Below, piece by piece: positions 39,890-49,543 of a stretch of 64,000 nucleotides of DNA. The notes under the pieces were generated by a model, which was given only the letters and a program-made list of their open reading frames with translations, did no database searches and was not told the DNA's origin. Each line of letters begins with the position of its first letter. The stretch's first letter is position 1. The DNA comes from an uncultured Bacteroidota bacterium (GTDB lineage Bacteria > Bacteroidota > Bacteroidia > Flavobacteriales > Flavobacteriaceae): NCBI GenBank assembly GCA_902595825.1, contig CACJRP010000006.1:573-64572 (forward strand). The letters run 5' to 3'. Position numbers and translations under genes: made by a program.

Positions 39890-40797
39890 TTTATTTTTGC
39901 CTCTTCTATATATATTTTACCTCCATCATTTAGAATCTCATTCGCCAGCTTTTCGCCAATTCCATTTCTTTCATCAATTTTTAGTAATGCTTCAATGATC
40001 TTGGGCTGTTCTCCTTTCATTGAGAAAATCCCACCCTTAAAATCAATAATTTTACCTTTAACCTCAGCAATTGCACCAATTGGAGCAGAACAACCACCCT
40101 CAAGAGTTCTCAAAAAATCTCTCTCTATTTCTGAACAAATACTAGATTTTTTATTATTTATTTTATTTAAAATTTCAATAACAAATTTGTTTTTCTTTAA
40201 ACATGTTGCTACGATAAAGCCCTGGCAAGGAGCTGGAAGAAAGTTATTTAAAGTTTCCTCATTTTCTTCATAAATTTTTAGTCTTGAAAGAGCTGCACTC
40301 GCAAAGAAGACCCCATCGATTTTAGAATCATTTTTTAACTTTTCTACTCTTGAGGTAATATTTCCTCTTATCGGGATTACTTTATCATTGGGATACTTTA
40401 GTTTCCATTGAAATTTTCTCCTGAGGCTCCCAGTTGCAACTGATCTAACTGTTTTTGATTTGCATTCAATATTTTTCCATAAAATAAGATCTTCCCATTT
40501 CCCCCTTTTTAAAACAGCTCCGATACATATTCCTTCGGCTAGTCTTGTCGGAACATCTTTTAAACTATGAACCGCAACATCTATTTCTTTGTTTAATAAA
40601 GCCTGATCAAGTTCTTTTGTGAAAACTCCTGTAATTCCCATTGAATAGATTGGGGTTTTAAGGTCAATATCTCCAGAACTTGTAACTTTTCTAATCTCAC
40701 ATTTGATATTTGAATCGTCGAGTTTTTTTTTAATTAAATTGGTTTGCCATAGTGCCAACTTACTGGCTCTTGATCCCAATATAATTGGCTTATTCAT
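39886..40797 (-). CDS. hemC: Hydroxymethylbilane synthase
   Basis: ...GSRASKLALWQT..., ...HSLKDVPT..., ...RGNI.SR..., ...LEGGCSAPIGA.... Start trimmed to MNKPIILGSR (40797). Confidence 0.92.
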   Translation of the reverse strand: MNKPIILGSRASKLALWQTNLIKKKLDDSNIKCEIRKVTSSGDIDLKTPIYSMGITGVFTKELDQALLNKEIDVAVHSLKDVPTRLAEGICIGAVLKRGKWEDLILWKNIECKSKTVRSVATGSLRRKFQWKLKYPNDKVIPIRGNITSRVEKLKNDSKIDGVFFASAALSRLKIYEENEETLNNFLPAPCQGFIVATCLKKNKFVIEILNKINNKKSSICSEIERDFLRTLEGGCSAPIGAIAEVKGKIIDFKGGIFSMKGEQPKIIEALLKIDERNGIGEKLANEILNDGGKIYIEEAKIK

Positions 40798-42034
40798 GAT
40801 TTTGAAGGTCGAGTTGGAACACTTCACTAAAGATGCTCATGGCATCGTTGGCTTTACTCGGATTTTCTTTAAGATAAAACGCAAATTGACCGGTTATTTT
40901 GTTGATCATTTCATAAGAATGTGATGGACCATGAACAGCAGCTCCATTCTTACTTTTACGTAGACCCATTTCTGCATTTTGTTGTTTTATTAATTTGTCT
41001 TTCAGTGCCTTCAAAGCAGGAGCATATCTTCTATCATAAACCCATTGTGCAAATTCTTGTTTTATTTCTTCAATAATTTCTTGTGCCTTAGGTATTTGTT
41101 TTCTTCTTTCTGAAAGAGTTTTGTGAGTAACTTTTGCAAGATCATCTAAATTGACAATTCTAATATTTTTCAGACTTTCGTCAATTCGGATATTGGAAGG
41201 AATTGTTAGGTCAACGATTAATAGATTTCTTTTTGTTTTTAGGAGATTATTTTTTATTAAAGGTTCTTCAGCACCTGTAGCTAAGACGATTATATCTGCT
41301 TTCTCAATTTCATTATAAATTTCAGAAAAATCTTTGACAAATACGTCAAATTTGTGACTAAGAATTTCTGCTTTTTCCCTGGAACGATTAATAACAGTTA
41401 TTTTTTTATTTTCAGTGTGTTTAACTAGGTTTTCACATGTATTTCTTCCAATTTTTCCTGTTCCTATCAATAAAACATTCTTATTTGAGATATTATCAAC
41501 TTCATTAGTAATAAATTGAACGGCTGCATATGCCATAGAAGTTGCCCCTGAAGAAATTTTTGTTTCTGTTTTAATTCTTTTACTGGCTTGAATTACACAA
41601 TTCATTAATCTCTCAGTGAAATTGCCAATCAAATTATTTTCTTTTGAAAGATTAACACTGTTCTTTAGTTGTCCAATAATTTCGAAATCCCCTAAAATTT
41701 GTGAATCTAGCCCCGTACCAACTTTAAAAATATGATTTATTGCCTCTGTGTTTTTAAGTGTATAGCCAAGGTTTTCCAAAGTTTCACGATCACCCTTAGA
41801 ATTTTCACATAATAAGTCAATTATTTTAGAAGGATTATCAGCAAAAAAATAAATCTCAGTTCTGTTGCAAGTACTACTTATAAAAATTTCTTTTATGCCT
41901 TGAACTTGGGCTTTTTTAAGGATTGTAAGTTTTTGTACTTTGGATAGACTATATTTGCCCCTTGTATATAAATCAGCATTCCTATAACTAATTCCAATTA
42001 CGTAAAAATTAGTTAAAACATTAAAATTCTCCAT
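40790..42034 (-). CDS. hemA: Glutamyl-tRNA reductase
   Basis: ...STCNRTEIY... active-site Cys motif and NADPH-binding ...LIGTGKIG.... Confidence 0.9.
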   Translation of the reverse strand: MENFNVLTNFYVIGISYRNADLYTRGKYSLSKVQKLTILKKAQVQGIKEIFISSTCNRTEIYFFADNPSKIIDLLCENSKGDRETLENLGYTLKNTEAINHIFKVGTGLDSQILGDFEIIGQLKNSVNLSKENNLIGNFTERLMNCVIQASKRIKTETKISSGATSMAYAAVQFITNEVDNISNKNVLLIGTGKIGRNTCENLVKHTENKKITVINRSREKAEILSHKFDVFVKDFSEIYNEIEKADIIVLATGAEEPLIKNNLLKTKRNLLIVDLTIPSNIRIDESLKNIRIVNLDDLAKVTHKTLSERRKQIPKAQEIIEEIKQEFAQWVYDRRYAPALKALKDKLIKQQNAEMGLRKSKNGAAVHGPSHSYEMINKITGQFAFYLKENPSKANDAMSIFSEVFQLDLQNHE

Positions 42035-42075
42035 TCAAACTCAAATACTATGCAAAAATAATATCACTTATACTA

Positions 42076-42094
42076 AAAAAATAACGATAAAAGT
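42076..42094 (+). repeat. Copy 1 of an exact direct repeat AAAAATAACGATAAAAGT (hemA / AraC-gene intergenic region)
   Basis: Matches 42212-42229 exactly over 18 nt. Lies in the divergent promoter region. Confidence 0.5.
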
Positions 42095-42202
42095 ATAATA
42101 ATTAACGCAAAGAGTATACTTTTGCACGTTGTAAGGTAAATATTGACTGTATCGACTATACGGCCACCTTATATAGATTGATTCTAAATAATACGTTTAA
42201 CG

Positions 42203-43090
42203 ATGTCTGATAAAAATAACGATAAAAGTTTAACAAATAAATTTGAATTAAGCAATGGTTTTTACATGTATCATTTTAAAAATGACTCAGATTTTCAAAG
42301 TAATAATACCAAAGATGTTAAAAGGAGCCTCATACAATTTCATTTTTGTGTAAAAGGTCGGGCTAATTTTATTTTTAATAATGGGAATTATTTGCTGCCA
42401 ATTGACCAAAATAAAGTTGTTTTACTTTTTAATCCAGAAAAAGATTTACCAATAAATTTAAGTTTGAATCCTATGTCCTCCATTCTTAGCATTATAATTT
42501 CTATAAAAAAATTTCATAGCTTATTTTCATCCGATGCTGAAAACATTCCCTTTCTAAGTGATGAAAACAATGCTAAAAAGTATTACGAGTCAATGAGTAT
42601 TACGCCAAGTATGAATTTTGTAATTAATCAAATCATAAAAGCTAAAGTCAACAATAACATGAAATCTTTATATTTAACCGGTAAAATTTATGAATTATTA
42701 AGCCTTTGTTTTAGTAAAAGTGAAGATTCAAGTTTGGAAAATTGTCCATTTTTAGCTGACGAAGATAATGTAAGAAAAATAAGAAATGCAAAGGAAATCG
42801 TTCTTCAAAACTTCTCTGAACCACCTTCATTAGTTGAGCTATCGAATAGGGTTGAAATAGGTTTGAACAAATTGAAAGAAGGATTTAAAGAGCTTTACGG
42901 AGATACTGTTTACGGATACCTACTAACCCACAAAATGGAAGAAGCCAGAAGAATGTTGGATTCCGGCAAATACAACGTCAACGAAGTTGGACTGAAAGTC
43001 GGATATTCAACTGCTAGTCACTTTATCGCTGCATTTAAAAAGAAATTTGGAATTACTCCAAAAAAATATTTACTCTCATTATCTTCGTGA
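42203..43090 (+). CDS. AraC-family transcriptional regulator embedded in the heme cluster
   Basis: C-terminal double helix-turn-helix (...LVELSNRVEIGLNKLKEGFKELYG..., ...GYSTASHFIAAFKKKFGITPKKY). Cupin-like N-terminal half. Confidence 0.85.
   Translation: MSDKNNDKSLTNKFELSNGFYMYHFKNDSDFQSNNTKDVKRSLIQFHFCVKGRANFIFNNGNYLLPIDQNKVVLLFNPEKDLPINLSLNPMSSILSIIISIKKFHSLFSSDAENIPFLSDENNAKKYYESMSITPSMNFVINQIIKAKVNNNMKSLYLTGKIYELLSLCFSKSEDSSLENCPFLADEDNVRKIRNAKEIVLQNFSEPPSLVELSNRVEIGLNKLKEGFKELYGDTVYGYLLTHKMEEARRMLDSGKYNVNEVGLKVGYSTASHFIAAFKKKFGITPKKYLLSLSS
42212..42229 (+). repeat. Copy 2 of the direct repeat AAAAATAACGATAAAAGT (codons 4-9 of the AraC-family gene)
   Basis: Exact 18-nt match to 42077-42094. 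Confidence 0.5.
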
Positions 43091-43105
43091 CAATTTTTCT
43101 ATAAT

Positions 43106-44149
43106 ATGGATAATAGTATGAAAGGAGTTTTATTAGTAAATTTAGGATCTCCAGATACACCTGAACCTGCTGATGTTAAAAATTATTTGAGAGAATTTTT
43201 AATGGACGAAAGAGTTATTGATTTCCCATACATCGTTAGAAGTTTACTGGTAAAAGGAATTATTTTAAATACCAGACCAAAAAAGTCTGCGAAGGCTTAT
43301 AAAAAAATTTGGTGGAAGGAAGGGTCTCCTTTAATCGTTCTTTCAAAAAGACTAAAGCAAAAGCTAGAGAAGAAAGTAGATATACCTGTAGAACTTGCAA
43401 TGCGATATGGTAATCCGTCAATTAAGTTTGGTTTAGATTCTTTATCGCGAAAGGGGGTTAAGGAAATACTCCTCATCCCTTTATATCCCCAATTCGCGAT
43501 GGCAACTACAGAAACTATTTTAGTATTAGCTGAAGAAATTAAAAATAAACATTACCCTCACCTTAAATTATCTTCTTTTAAATCATTTTATGATGATAAA
43601 AACTACATACGAGTTTTATCAAATTCTATTAAGGAGTTTTTAAATAATAAAAAATGGGAGCATCTTTTATTTTCATATCATGGTATTCCAAAACGCCATA
43701 TAAAAAAGTCTGATATTACTAAATCACATTGTAAGATGAATAATGTCTGCTGTGATACAAAGTCAAAGGCTCATAATTATTGCTACCGACATCAGTGCAT
43801 AAAAACAACTGAAGCAGTTGCAAAATTCCTCAAACTTAGGGCTGATTCCTACTCAACATCATTTCAGTCAAGATTGGGTCCAGATCCATGGTTACAACCC
43901 TACACAGATAAAACAATAAATAATTTTGCAAAATCTGGAGTAAAAAACATGGCTGTTGTAACACCTGCATTTGTTTCAGATTGTTTAGAAACCCTTGAAG
44001 AAATTGGAATGGAGGCAGTAGAGGATTTTGAAGAAAGCGGTGGAGAAAAATTACACGTCGTTCCATGCATTAATGACAGAGAAGACTGGGTAGAACTCTT
44101 GTCAAAATGGGTTACAGAGTGGAATGAAAAGATATTTGAAAAAACATGA
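43106..44149 (+). CDS. hemH: Ferrochelatase
   Basis: ...VLLVNLGSPD..., ...PLYPQFAMATT..., ...FSYHGIP..., ...TPAFVSDCLETLEE.... Confidence 0.92.
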   Translation: MDNSMKGVLLVNLGSPDTPEPADVKNYLREFLMDERVIDFPYIVRSLLVKGIILNTRPKKSAKAYKKIWWKEGSPLIVLSKRLKQKLEKKVDIPVELAMRYGNPSIKFGLDSLSRKGVKEILLIPLYPQFAMATTETILVLAEEIKNKHYPHLKLSSFKSFYDDKNYIRVLSNSIKEFLNNKKWEHLLFSYHGIPKRHIKKSDITKSHCKMNNVCCDTKSKAHNYCYRHQCIKTTEAVAKFLKLRADSYSTSFQSRLGPDPWLQPYTDKTINNFAKSGVKNMAVVTPAFVSDCLETLEEIGMEAVEDFEESGGEKLHVVPCINDREDWVELLSKWVTEWNEKIFEKT

Positions 44150-45489
44150 ATCGCTCTGCTTCTGAAATGGGAATTGAACCCATTGGAAAGCTACTTATTA
44201 AACATGCAGTGCCTTCATCACTGGGTATTTTAGTAATGTCTTTAAATATACTCATTGATACTATTCTTGTAGGACATTGGATTGGTCCGAATGCAATTGC
44301 AGCTATTAATATTGTTCTTCCAGTGTCATTTTTTGTAGCTGCAATTGGAATGTCAATCGGTATAGGCGGTGGTTCTATTATATCAAGGTCTCTTGGAAAT
44401 AAAAATCATGATAAGGCGAACAAAACATTTGGAAATCAGATTTCAATGACATTGATATCAACCATTTTTTTTATGTCTTTAGGATTATACTTCACAGATG
44501 CTTTAATTCCACTTTTTGGTGGAAAGGGCGAATTATTCGGTTTAGCTAAAATTTACTATGTAATTGTAATGATTGGGGTTCCCATTCTAGGTCTTTGTAT
44601 GATGTCAAATAATACAATCAGATCCGAGGGAAAGCCCAAGATTGCAATGTACGCTATGTTTATTCCATCTGTGTCAAATTTATGTTTAGATTATTTATTT
44701 ATTTATGAATTAGGGTTGGGGATGTATGGTGCAGCTTTAGCAACCACCATATCCTACTTCATATGTGGTATATACATCTTATTGTTTTTTGTTCTAAAAA
44801 AATCTGATTTGAAATTAAATATTAGTGATTTGAAATTTGACATAAGCATAGTTAAAGAAACTGTGTCTCTAGGATTTGTGACTCTATCAAGGCAAGCTGC
44901 CGTAAGTTTGACTGTTTTAGTAGTAAATAATATACTTTTTTCACTGCAGGGTGAGAGTATGATAGCTGTTTACGCTATAATCAGCAGAATGCTGATGTTT
45001 ATGTTATTCCCAATTTTAGGAATTACACAAGGATTTATTCCCATCGCGGGATACAACTTTGGAGCAAAAAATAAAGATAGAGTTCTGAATTCAGTAAAAA
45101 AAGCCATTATTTATTCAACGGGTATGGCAACAGTAATTTTTTTGTTTATCTATACATTTTCAGATAGCGTAGCAAATGCTTTCACATCTGATGTAAATAT
45201 AATCAACAAAACATCGGATGCACTTATTTTAGTGTTTATGGCGACACCTATTATTGGTATTCAGTTGATCGGTTCTGCATATTTCCAAGCAATTGGGAGG
45301 GCTTTCCCAGCACTAATGCTTACACTTTCAAGGCAAGTATTCTTTTTTATACCACTAGTTTTTTTTCTTTCAAAAATATATGGTGTATTTGGTGTATGGA
45401 TATCATTTCCTTTGGCGGAGTTTTTATCTACTGTACTTACTGGGGTTTATTTGAATTTTGAATTAAAAAAATTAATAGTAATAACATAG
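44146..45489 (+). CDS. MATE-family efflux transporter
   Basis: 12-transmembrane-helix pattern with typical MATE N-terminus (...LLIKHAVPSSLGILVMSLNILIDTILVGHW...). ATGA overlap with the hemH stop. Confidence 0.8.
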   Translation: MNRSASEMGIEPIGKLLIKHAVPSSLGILVMSLNILIDTILVGHWIGPNAIAAINIVLPVSFFVAAIGMSIGIGGGSIISRSLGNKNHDKANKTFGNQISMTLISTIFFMSLGLYFTDALIPLFGGKGELFGLAKIYYVIVMIGVPILGLCMMSNNTIRSEGKPKIAMYAMFIPSVSNLCLDYLFIYELGLGMYGAALATTISYFICGIYILLFFVLKKSDLKLNISDLKFDISIVKETVSLGFVTLSRQAAVSLTVLVVNNILFSLQGESMIAVYAIISRMLMFMLFPILGITQGFIPIAGYNFGAKNKDRVLNSVKKAIIYSTGMATVIFLFIYTFSDSVANAFTSDVNIINKTSDALILVFMATPIIGIQLIGSAYFQAIGRAFPALMLTLSRQVFFFIPLVFFLSKIYGVFGVWISFPLAEFLSTVLTGVYLNFELKKLIVIT

Positions 45490-45534
45490 GTAATTCCAAA
45501 AATGCTTTTTTGTAATTTTATTAAAACTTAGATT

Positions 45535-46071
45535 TTGGATTCATATTACAATTATTTTAAAGCTCTTCATATTTTTTTTGTTGTTGCTTGGTTTGCTGGT
45601 CTTTTTTATGTTCCCAGACTATTTATATATCACATTGAAGCTACTAAAAAAGCTAGTCCAGAAAAAGAAATTCTTACAAAACAGTTAAAGATAATGACAA
45701 GAAGATTATGGTATATTATTAGCTGGCCTTCAGCCATATTAACCATATTATTTGGTGTTTTAATGTTGATAATTATTCCTTCCTGGGTCCTGCAAAAGTG
45801 GATGATCGTGAAGTTATCTTTTGTGGCTCTATTAATTATTTATCATTTCAAAACACATGTTTTTTTTAAACAATTACAAAGAGATCAAATTAAAAAAACA
45901 TCCTTCTTTATGAGAATATGGAATGAAGCCCCAACCCTTCTTTTATTTATAATAATTTTGTTGGCAACTTTCAAGGAGGGAATGACACTATTTTCAGGAG
46001 TTATAAGTTTTATATCACTTATAATTTTCCTATTTATTGGAATTAAAGTATATCAGAAATACAGAAAATAG
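45535..46071 (+). CDS. hemJ: Protoporphyrinogen IX oxidase HemJ
   Basis: ...YFKALHIFFVVAWFAGLFYVPRLFIYH... HemJ/CopD-like signature. About 178 aa, 4-5 transmembrane helices. TTG start. Confidence 0.8.
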   Translation: MDSYYNYFKALHIFFVVAWFAGLFYVPRLFIYHIEATKKASPEKEILTKQLKIMTRRLWYIISWPSAILTILFGVLMLIIIPSWVLQKWMIVKLSFVALLIIYHFKTHVFFKQLQRDQIKKTSFFMRIWNEAPTLLLFIIILLATFKEGMTLFSGVISFISLIIFLFIGIKVYQKYRK

Positions 46072-46078
46072 TTTCGAT

Positions 46079-47524
46079 ATGAAAGGTAAAATTTCGTTAA
46101 GGGTAAGAATTTTCTTTTCAATGATATTGCTAACAATATTTTCACTTTTGCTAATTGTGGTTGCCACCTATTTCCAGTATTTTGCTCAAAATGATGATTA
46201 TAATAATAGAAGGTTGATAAGAAAAGAGACTCAAGTAAAAACTCATCTTAAAAATATTATTACCAAGGACACAACAATTAAATTTGTTCCCAAAAACTAT
46301 GATTATTTTTTAAAGGAGTTTAATCCTATCTCTACCATTCACAAGGTTGAATTTGCTCTGTATTCACTTGATGGAAAACCACTCTACTACTCATACGTAG
46401 ATGACTTTGATGAAACGGAGCACCTAAAGATAAAGGATACCATCATAGATAATCTCGCAAAAAATCAAACCAAAAGAATACTCGAACAAAATATAAATGA
46501 GAAGGGGGAATTTCAGTCCTCTTACAGTCTACTTTTAGGAGACGATTTAAAACCATATCTAATTTTATATTTTCCATATTTTGAAGATTTATCATTTAGT
46601 CAAACAGAACTCAATATATTTCTAGTTAGGTTACTACAAGTATATTCTTTGATGTTGATTGCAACAATTTTCTTTGCTTTTTTCCTATCAAGTTTTATAA
46701 CTCGTCCAATAGAAAAGTTAAGGTCTAAAATTCTTAAAACAGGATTATTAGAAAAAAACAATAGGATTAAAATTAAAACCAAAACAAAAGAAATTGAGAG
46801 TTTAGTTCGTTCCTACAATAAGATGTTGTCAGAACTTGAAAAAAGCGCTGAAAAACTTGCTAAGGGACAAAGAGAACAGGCTTGGCAAGAGATGGCAAAA
46901 CAAGTCGCTCATGAAATCAAAAATCCGTTAACCCCGATGAGACTAACAATACAGAGTTTTCAGCAATTTAACAAACCCAATGAAAAAAACTATCAAAAAA
47001 AATTGGAGTCCTTTTTGAAAACATTGATTGAGCAAATTGACACTATGAGTATGGTTGCAAATACCTTTTCAGACTTTGCTACTATGCCAAAGCCTAAAAT
47101 AAAAGATCAAGATATAGTTGAAATTACAAATTCAGCAGTTCAAATTTTCGAAAATGCTAATCTTAAAATTAAAGCAACCAAGAAGAAAATAATTTGGCCT
47201 ATTGACAGGACTCAGTGGATTAGAGTACTTACCAATCTAATTCAAAACGCTATTCAGGCAGTTCCCGAAAATAGGACACCGAAAATAGATCTTGAAATTA
47301 TGCTTGAAAAGAATAAACTTAAAATGAACATAGAGGATAATGGGACTGGAATTGTAAAAAAGGACCAATTAAAAATATTTGAACCAAAATTTACAACAAA
47401 GTCAGCTGGGATGGGACTTGGTTTAGCTATTGTAAAAAATATTATCGACTCTTTAAATGGTAATATTAGCTTTAAATCTCAACCCAACAAGGGAACTAAA
47501 TTTTCAATAACTTTAAAAAAATAA
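46079..47524 (+). CDS. Membrane sensor histidine kinase (no adjacent response regulator)
   Basis: H-box ...VAHEIKNPLTPM..., N/G boxes (...LIQNAIQA..., ...DNGTGI..., ...GMGLGLAIV...). Start moved to the ATG at 46079, after the hemJ stop. Confidence 0.85.
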   Translation: MKGKISLRVRIFFSMILLTIFSLLLIVVATYFQYFAQNDDYNNRRLIRKETQVKTHLKNIITKDTTIKFVPKNYDYFLKEFNPISTIHKVEFALYSLDGKPLYYSYVDDFDETEHLKIKDTIIDNLAKNQTKRILEQNINEKGEFQSSYSLLLGDDLKPYLILYFPYFEDLSFSQTELNIFLVRLLQVYSLMLIATIFFAFFLSSFITRPIEKLRSKILKTGLLEKNNRIKIKTKTKEIESLVRSYNKMLSELEKSAEKLAKGQREQAWQEMAKQVAHEIKNPLTPMRLTIQSFQQFNKPNEKNYQKKLESFLKTLIEQIDTMSMVANTFSDFATMPKPKIKDQDIVEITNSAVQIFENANLKIKATKKKIIWPIDRTQWIRVLTNLIQNAIQAVPENRTPKIDLEIMLEKNKLKMNIEDNGTGIVKKDQLKIFEPKFTTKSAGMGLGLAIVKNIIDSLNGNISFKSQPNKGTKFSITLKK

Positions 47525-47526
47525 AA

Positions 47527-48303
47527 ATGGAGCACGAGGAATTATTAACAAAACGAAAAGGTAAAATTGCATTTTTATATTTAAATCGGCCAGAAAAATT
47601 CAATGCTTTAAACATTTCTTTACTTGATAAAATTAATTTAGCTCTTAAAGAAATATCCAAAGATGACAAAATAAGAGTAATAATTTTAACGGGTATTGGA
47701 GAAAAAGCTTTTGCAGCTGGAGCAGATATTTCGGAGTTTTCAGAATTTAAATCCAATGAAGCATTGGGGCTTTCCAAAAAAGGAAAAGAAAAAGTATTTG
47801 ATTTTATTGAAGATTTTTCAAAACCTGTCATTGCTGCCATTAATGGATATGCATTAGGAGGAGGCCTAGAACTAGCTTTGTCATGTGATATTCGAATTGC
47901 ATCAAATAATGCCTTAATGGGTTTTCCTGAGGCATCATTGGGAACCATTCCAGGTTATGGGGGTACATACAGATTAGCAGAGATAGTAGGAAAAGGAATT
48001 GCCAAAGAAATGATTTTAACATGCAGAAAGATAAATTCCAAAGAAGCTTTACAAATAGGATTAATTTCACATTTGACTAAAAAAAATGAGTTGCTAGAGA
48101 AAGCTGTCCAGGTTGCAAATGAAATAATATTGAACTCCCCAAATGCTGCTACTTCTGCAATTAAGATAATTAATTATAGTGGAAGGGAGAGCAAAAAAAC
48201 TTGCAGTGAGATCGAATCCAAATATTTTTCAGAGTGTTTTGACCATCCAGAATTTAAAAAGGGAGTTAGCGCGTTTTTAAATAAACAAAAACCGAACTTC
48301 TGA
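47527..48303 (+). CDS. Enoyl-CoA hydratase/isomerase family protein
   Basis: ...AFAAGADISEF..., ...INGYALGGGLELALSCDIR... crotonase signatures. Confidence 0.88.
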   Translation: MEHEELLTKRKGKIAFLYLNRPEKFNALNISLLDKINLALKEISKDDKIRVIILTGIGEKAFAAGADISEFSEFKSNEALGLSKKGKEKVFDFIEDFSKPVIAAINGYALGGGLELALSCDIRIASNNALMGFPEASLGTIPGYGGTYRLAEIVGKGIAKEMILTCRKINSKEALQIGLISHLTKKNELLEKAVQVANEIILNSPNAATSAIKIINYSGRESKKTCSEIESKYFSECFDHPEFKKGVSAFLNKQKPNF

Positions 48304-48304
48304 A

Positions 48305-48718
48305 CTACTTACAATGCTCGTCGTACGCAGATTTCAGGTTCTCAGCAATAGCTTCTGCGGGTCTTCCCTCTATGTGATGTCTTTCGATCATGTGAACCAA
48401 TTCCCCATCTTTAAATAGAGCAATTGAGGGAGAAGAAGGGGGAAAGGGAACCATCAGCGATCTGGCTGTATCTGTGGCTTCACGGTCCACTCCAGCAAAG
48501 ACCGTTGCTAGTTTGGAAGGTAAAACTTCATTTTCTAGTGAAAGTTTTACTCCCGGCCTAGCATTTGCAGCAGCACATCCGCAAACAGAGTTAACAACAA
48601 CTAATGTGGTTCCTGAACTTTTTATTGTGCTTTCAATTTCAGACGATGTAGTTACTTGTTTGAAACCAACCGAAGTTAGTTCTTCGCGCATAGGTAAAAC
48701 AATTTCTTCTGGATACAT
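48305..48718 (-). CDS. Bacilliredoxin-like (YphP/YqiW, DUF1094) thioredoxin-fold protein
   Basis: MYPEEIVLPMREELT... N-terminus and a CGC active-site motif (...VVNSVCGCAAANARP...). Confidence 0.75.
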   Translation of the reverse strand: MYPEEIVLPMREELTSVGFKQVTTSSEIESTIKSSGTTLVVVNSVCGCAAANARPGVKLSLENEVLPSKLATVFAGVDREATDTARSLMVPFPPSSPSIALFKDGELVHMIERHHIEGRPAEAIAENLKSAYDEHCK

Positions 48719-48814
48719 TTATTTTTTTTTCAAATATAGATATTTTATCAATTTATAATTAGCATAAAAAAACATTTTTATATAAACTTATATTTGCATT
48801 ATACTTATAAGTCT

Positions 48815-49543
48815 ATGATAAAATGGATTGGTGCAATATTTGGTTATATCTACTTTAGGTTTGCTGGGGCTATTATTGGTTATTTTTTAGGTAGTATCTT
48901 AGAAAACTCTCTCCAATTAAAGGGAGGATACTATAGTACTGGAAACTTTCGAAGAAAATTTACCGATGATAAATTACAATTAAATCTTCTTTCTCTAGCC
49001 GCAATTGTTATCAAAGCAGACGGGAAGGTTGATGATAGAGAATTGAACTTCGTAAGAAATTATTTTATATCCAGTTATGGAAAAATGAATGCAGATATGA
49101 TTTTTTCAAAATTTAATAAAGAAGTGAAAAAAGATAGCCAAGATGTTGTAAATCTGTGTAACTATTTTGTCAGGGTTGCGCCTTATGAGATTAGACTTCA
49201 AATTCTTCACTTTTTATTTGGAATAGCAAATGCAGATGGAAAAGTTGACGTCTCTGAAGTTAAAAAAATTTTTCAAATTTCAGATTCATTAAGAATTAAT
49301 AGTATAGATTTTGAGAGCATCAAAGCAATGTTTATAAAATCAACAGATGACGCTTATAAAATCCTTGAAATTTCTCCTGATTCAACTGATTTAGAAGTTA
49401 AAAAAGCGTATAGAGATATGGCTAAAAAATATCATCCAGACAAAATACAATCAAATGATGAGGCGCTAAAAAAAGGAGCAAAAGAAAAATTTCAGAGAGT
49501 ACAAGATGCATATGAAAAAATTCAAAAAGAGAGAGGTTTCTAA
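48815..49543 (+). CDS. Membrane-anchored TerB-like / C-terminal J-domain co-chaperone (DjlA-like)
   Basis: N-terminal hydrophobic segment, TerB-like middle, and a C-terminal J domain (...YKILEISPDSTDLEVKKAYRDMAKKYHPDK...). ATG at 48815 preferred over TTG at 48794. Confidence 0.75.
   Translation: MIKWIGAIFGYIYFRFAGAIIGYFLGSILENSLQLKGGYYSTGNFRRKFTDDKLQLNLLSLAAIVIKADGKVDDRELNFVRNYFISSYGKMNADMIFSKFNKEVKKDSQDVVNLCNYFVRVAPYEIRLQILHFLFGIANADGKVDVSEVKKIFQISDSLRINSIDFESIKAMFIKSTDDAYKILEISPDSTDLEVKKAYRDMAKKYHPDKIQSNDEALKKGAKEKFQRVQDAYEKIQKERGF

Noticed and set aside
47496-47948. 150-aa minus-strand ORF antisense to the enoyl-CoA hydratase gene and the histidine-kinase 3' end.
   Set aside because: It overlaps two well-supported genes. 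It is an antisense-frame artefact.
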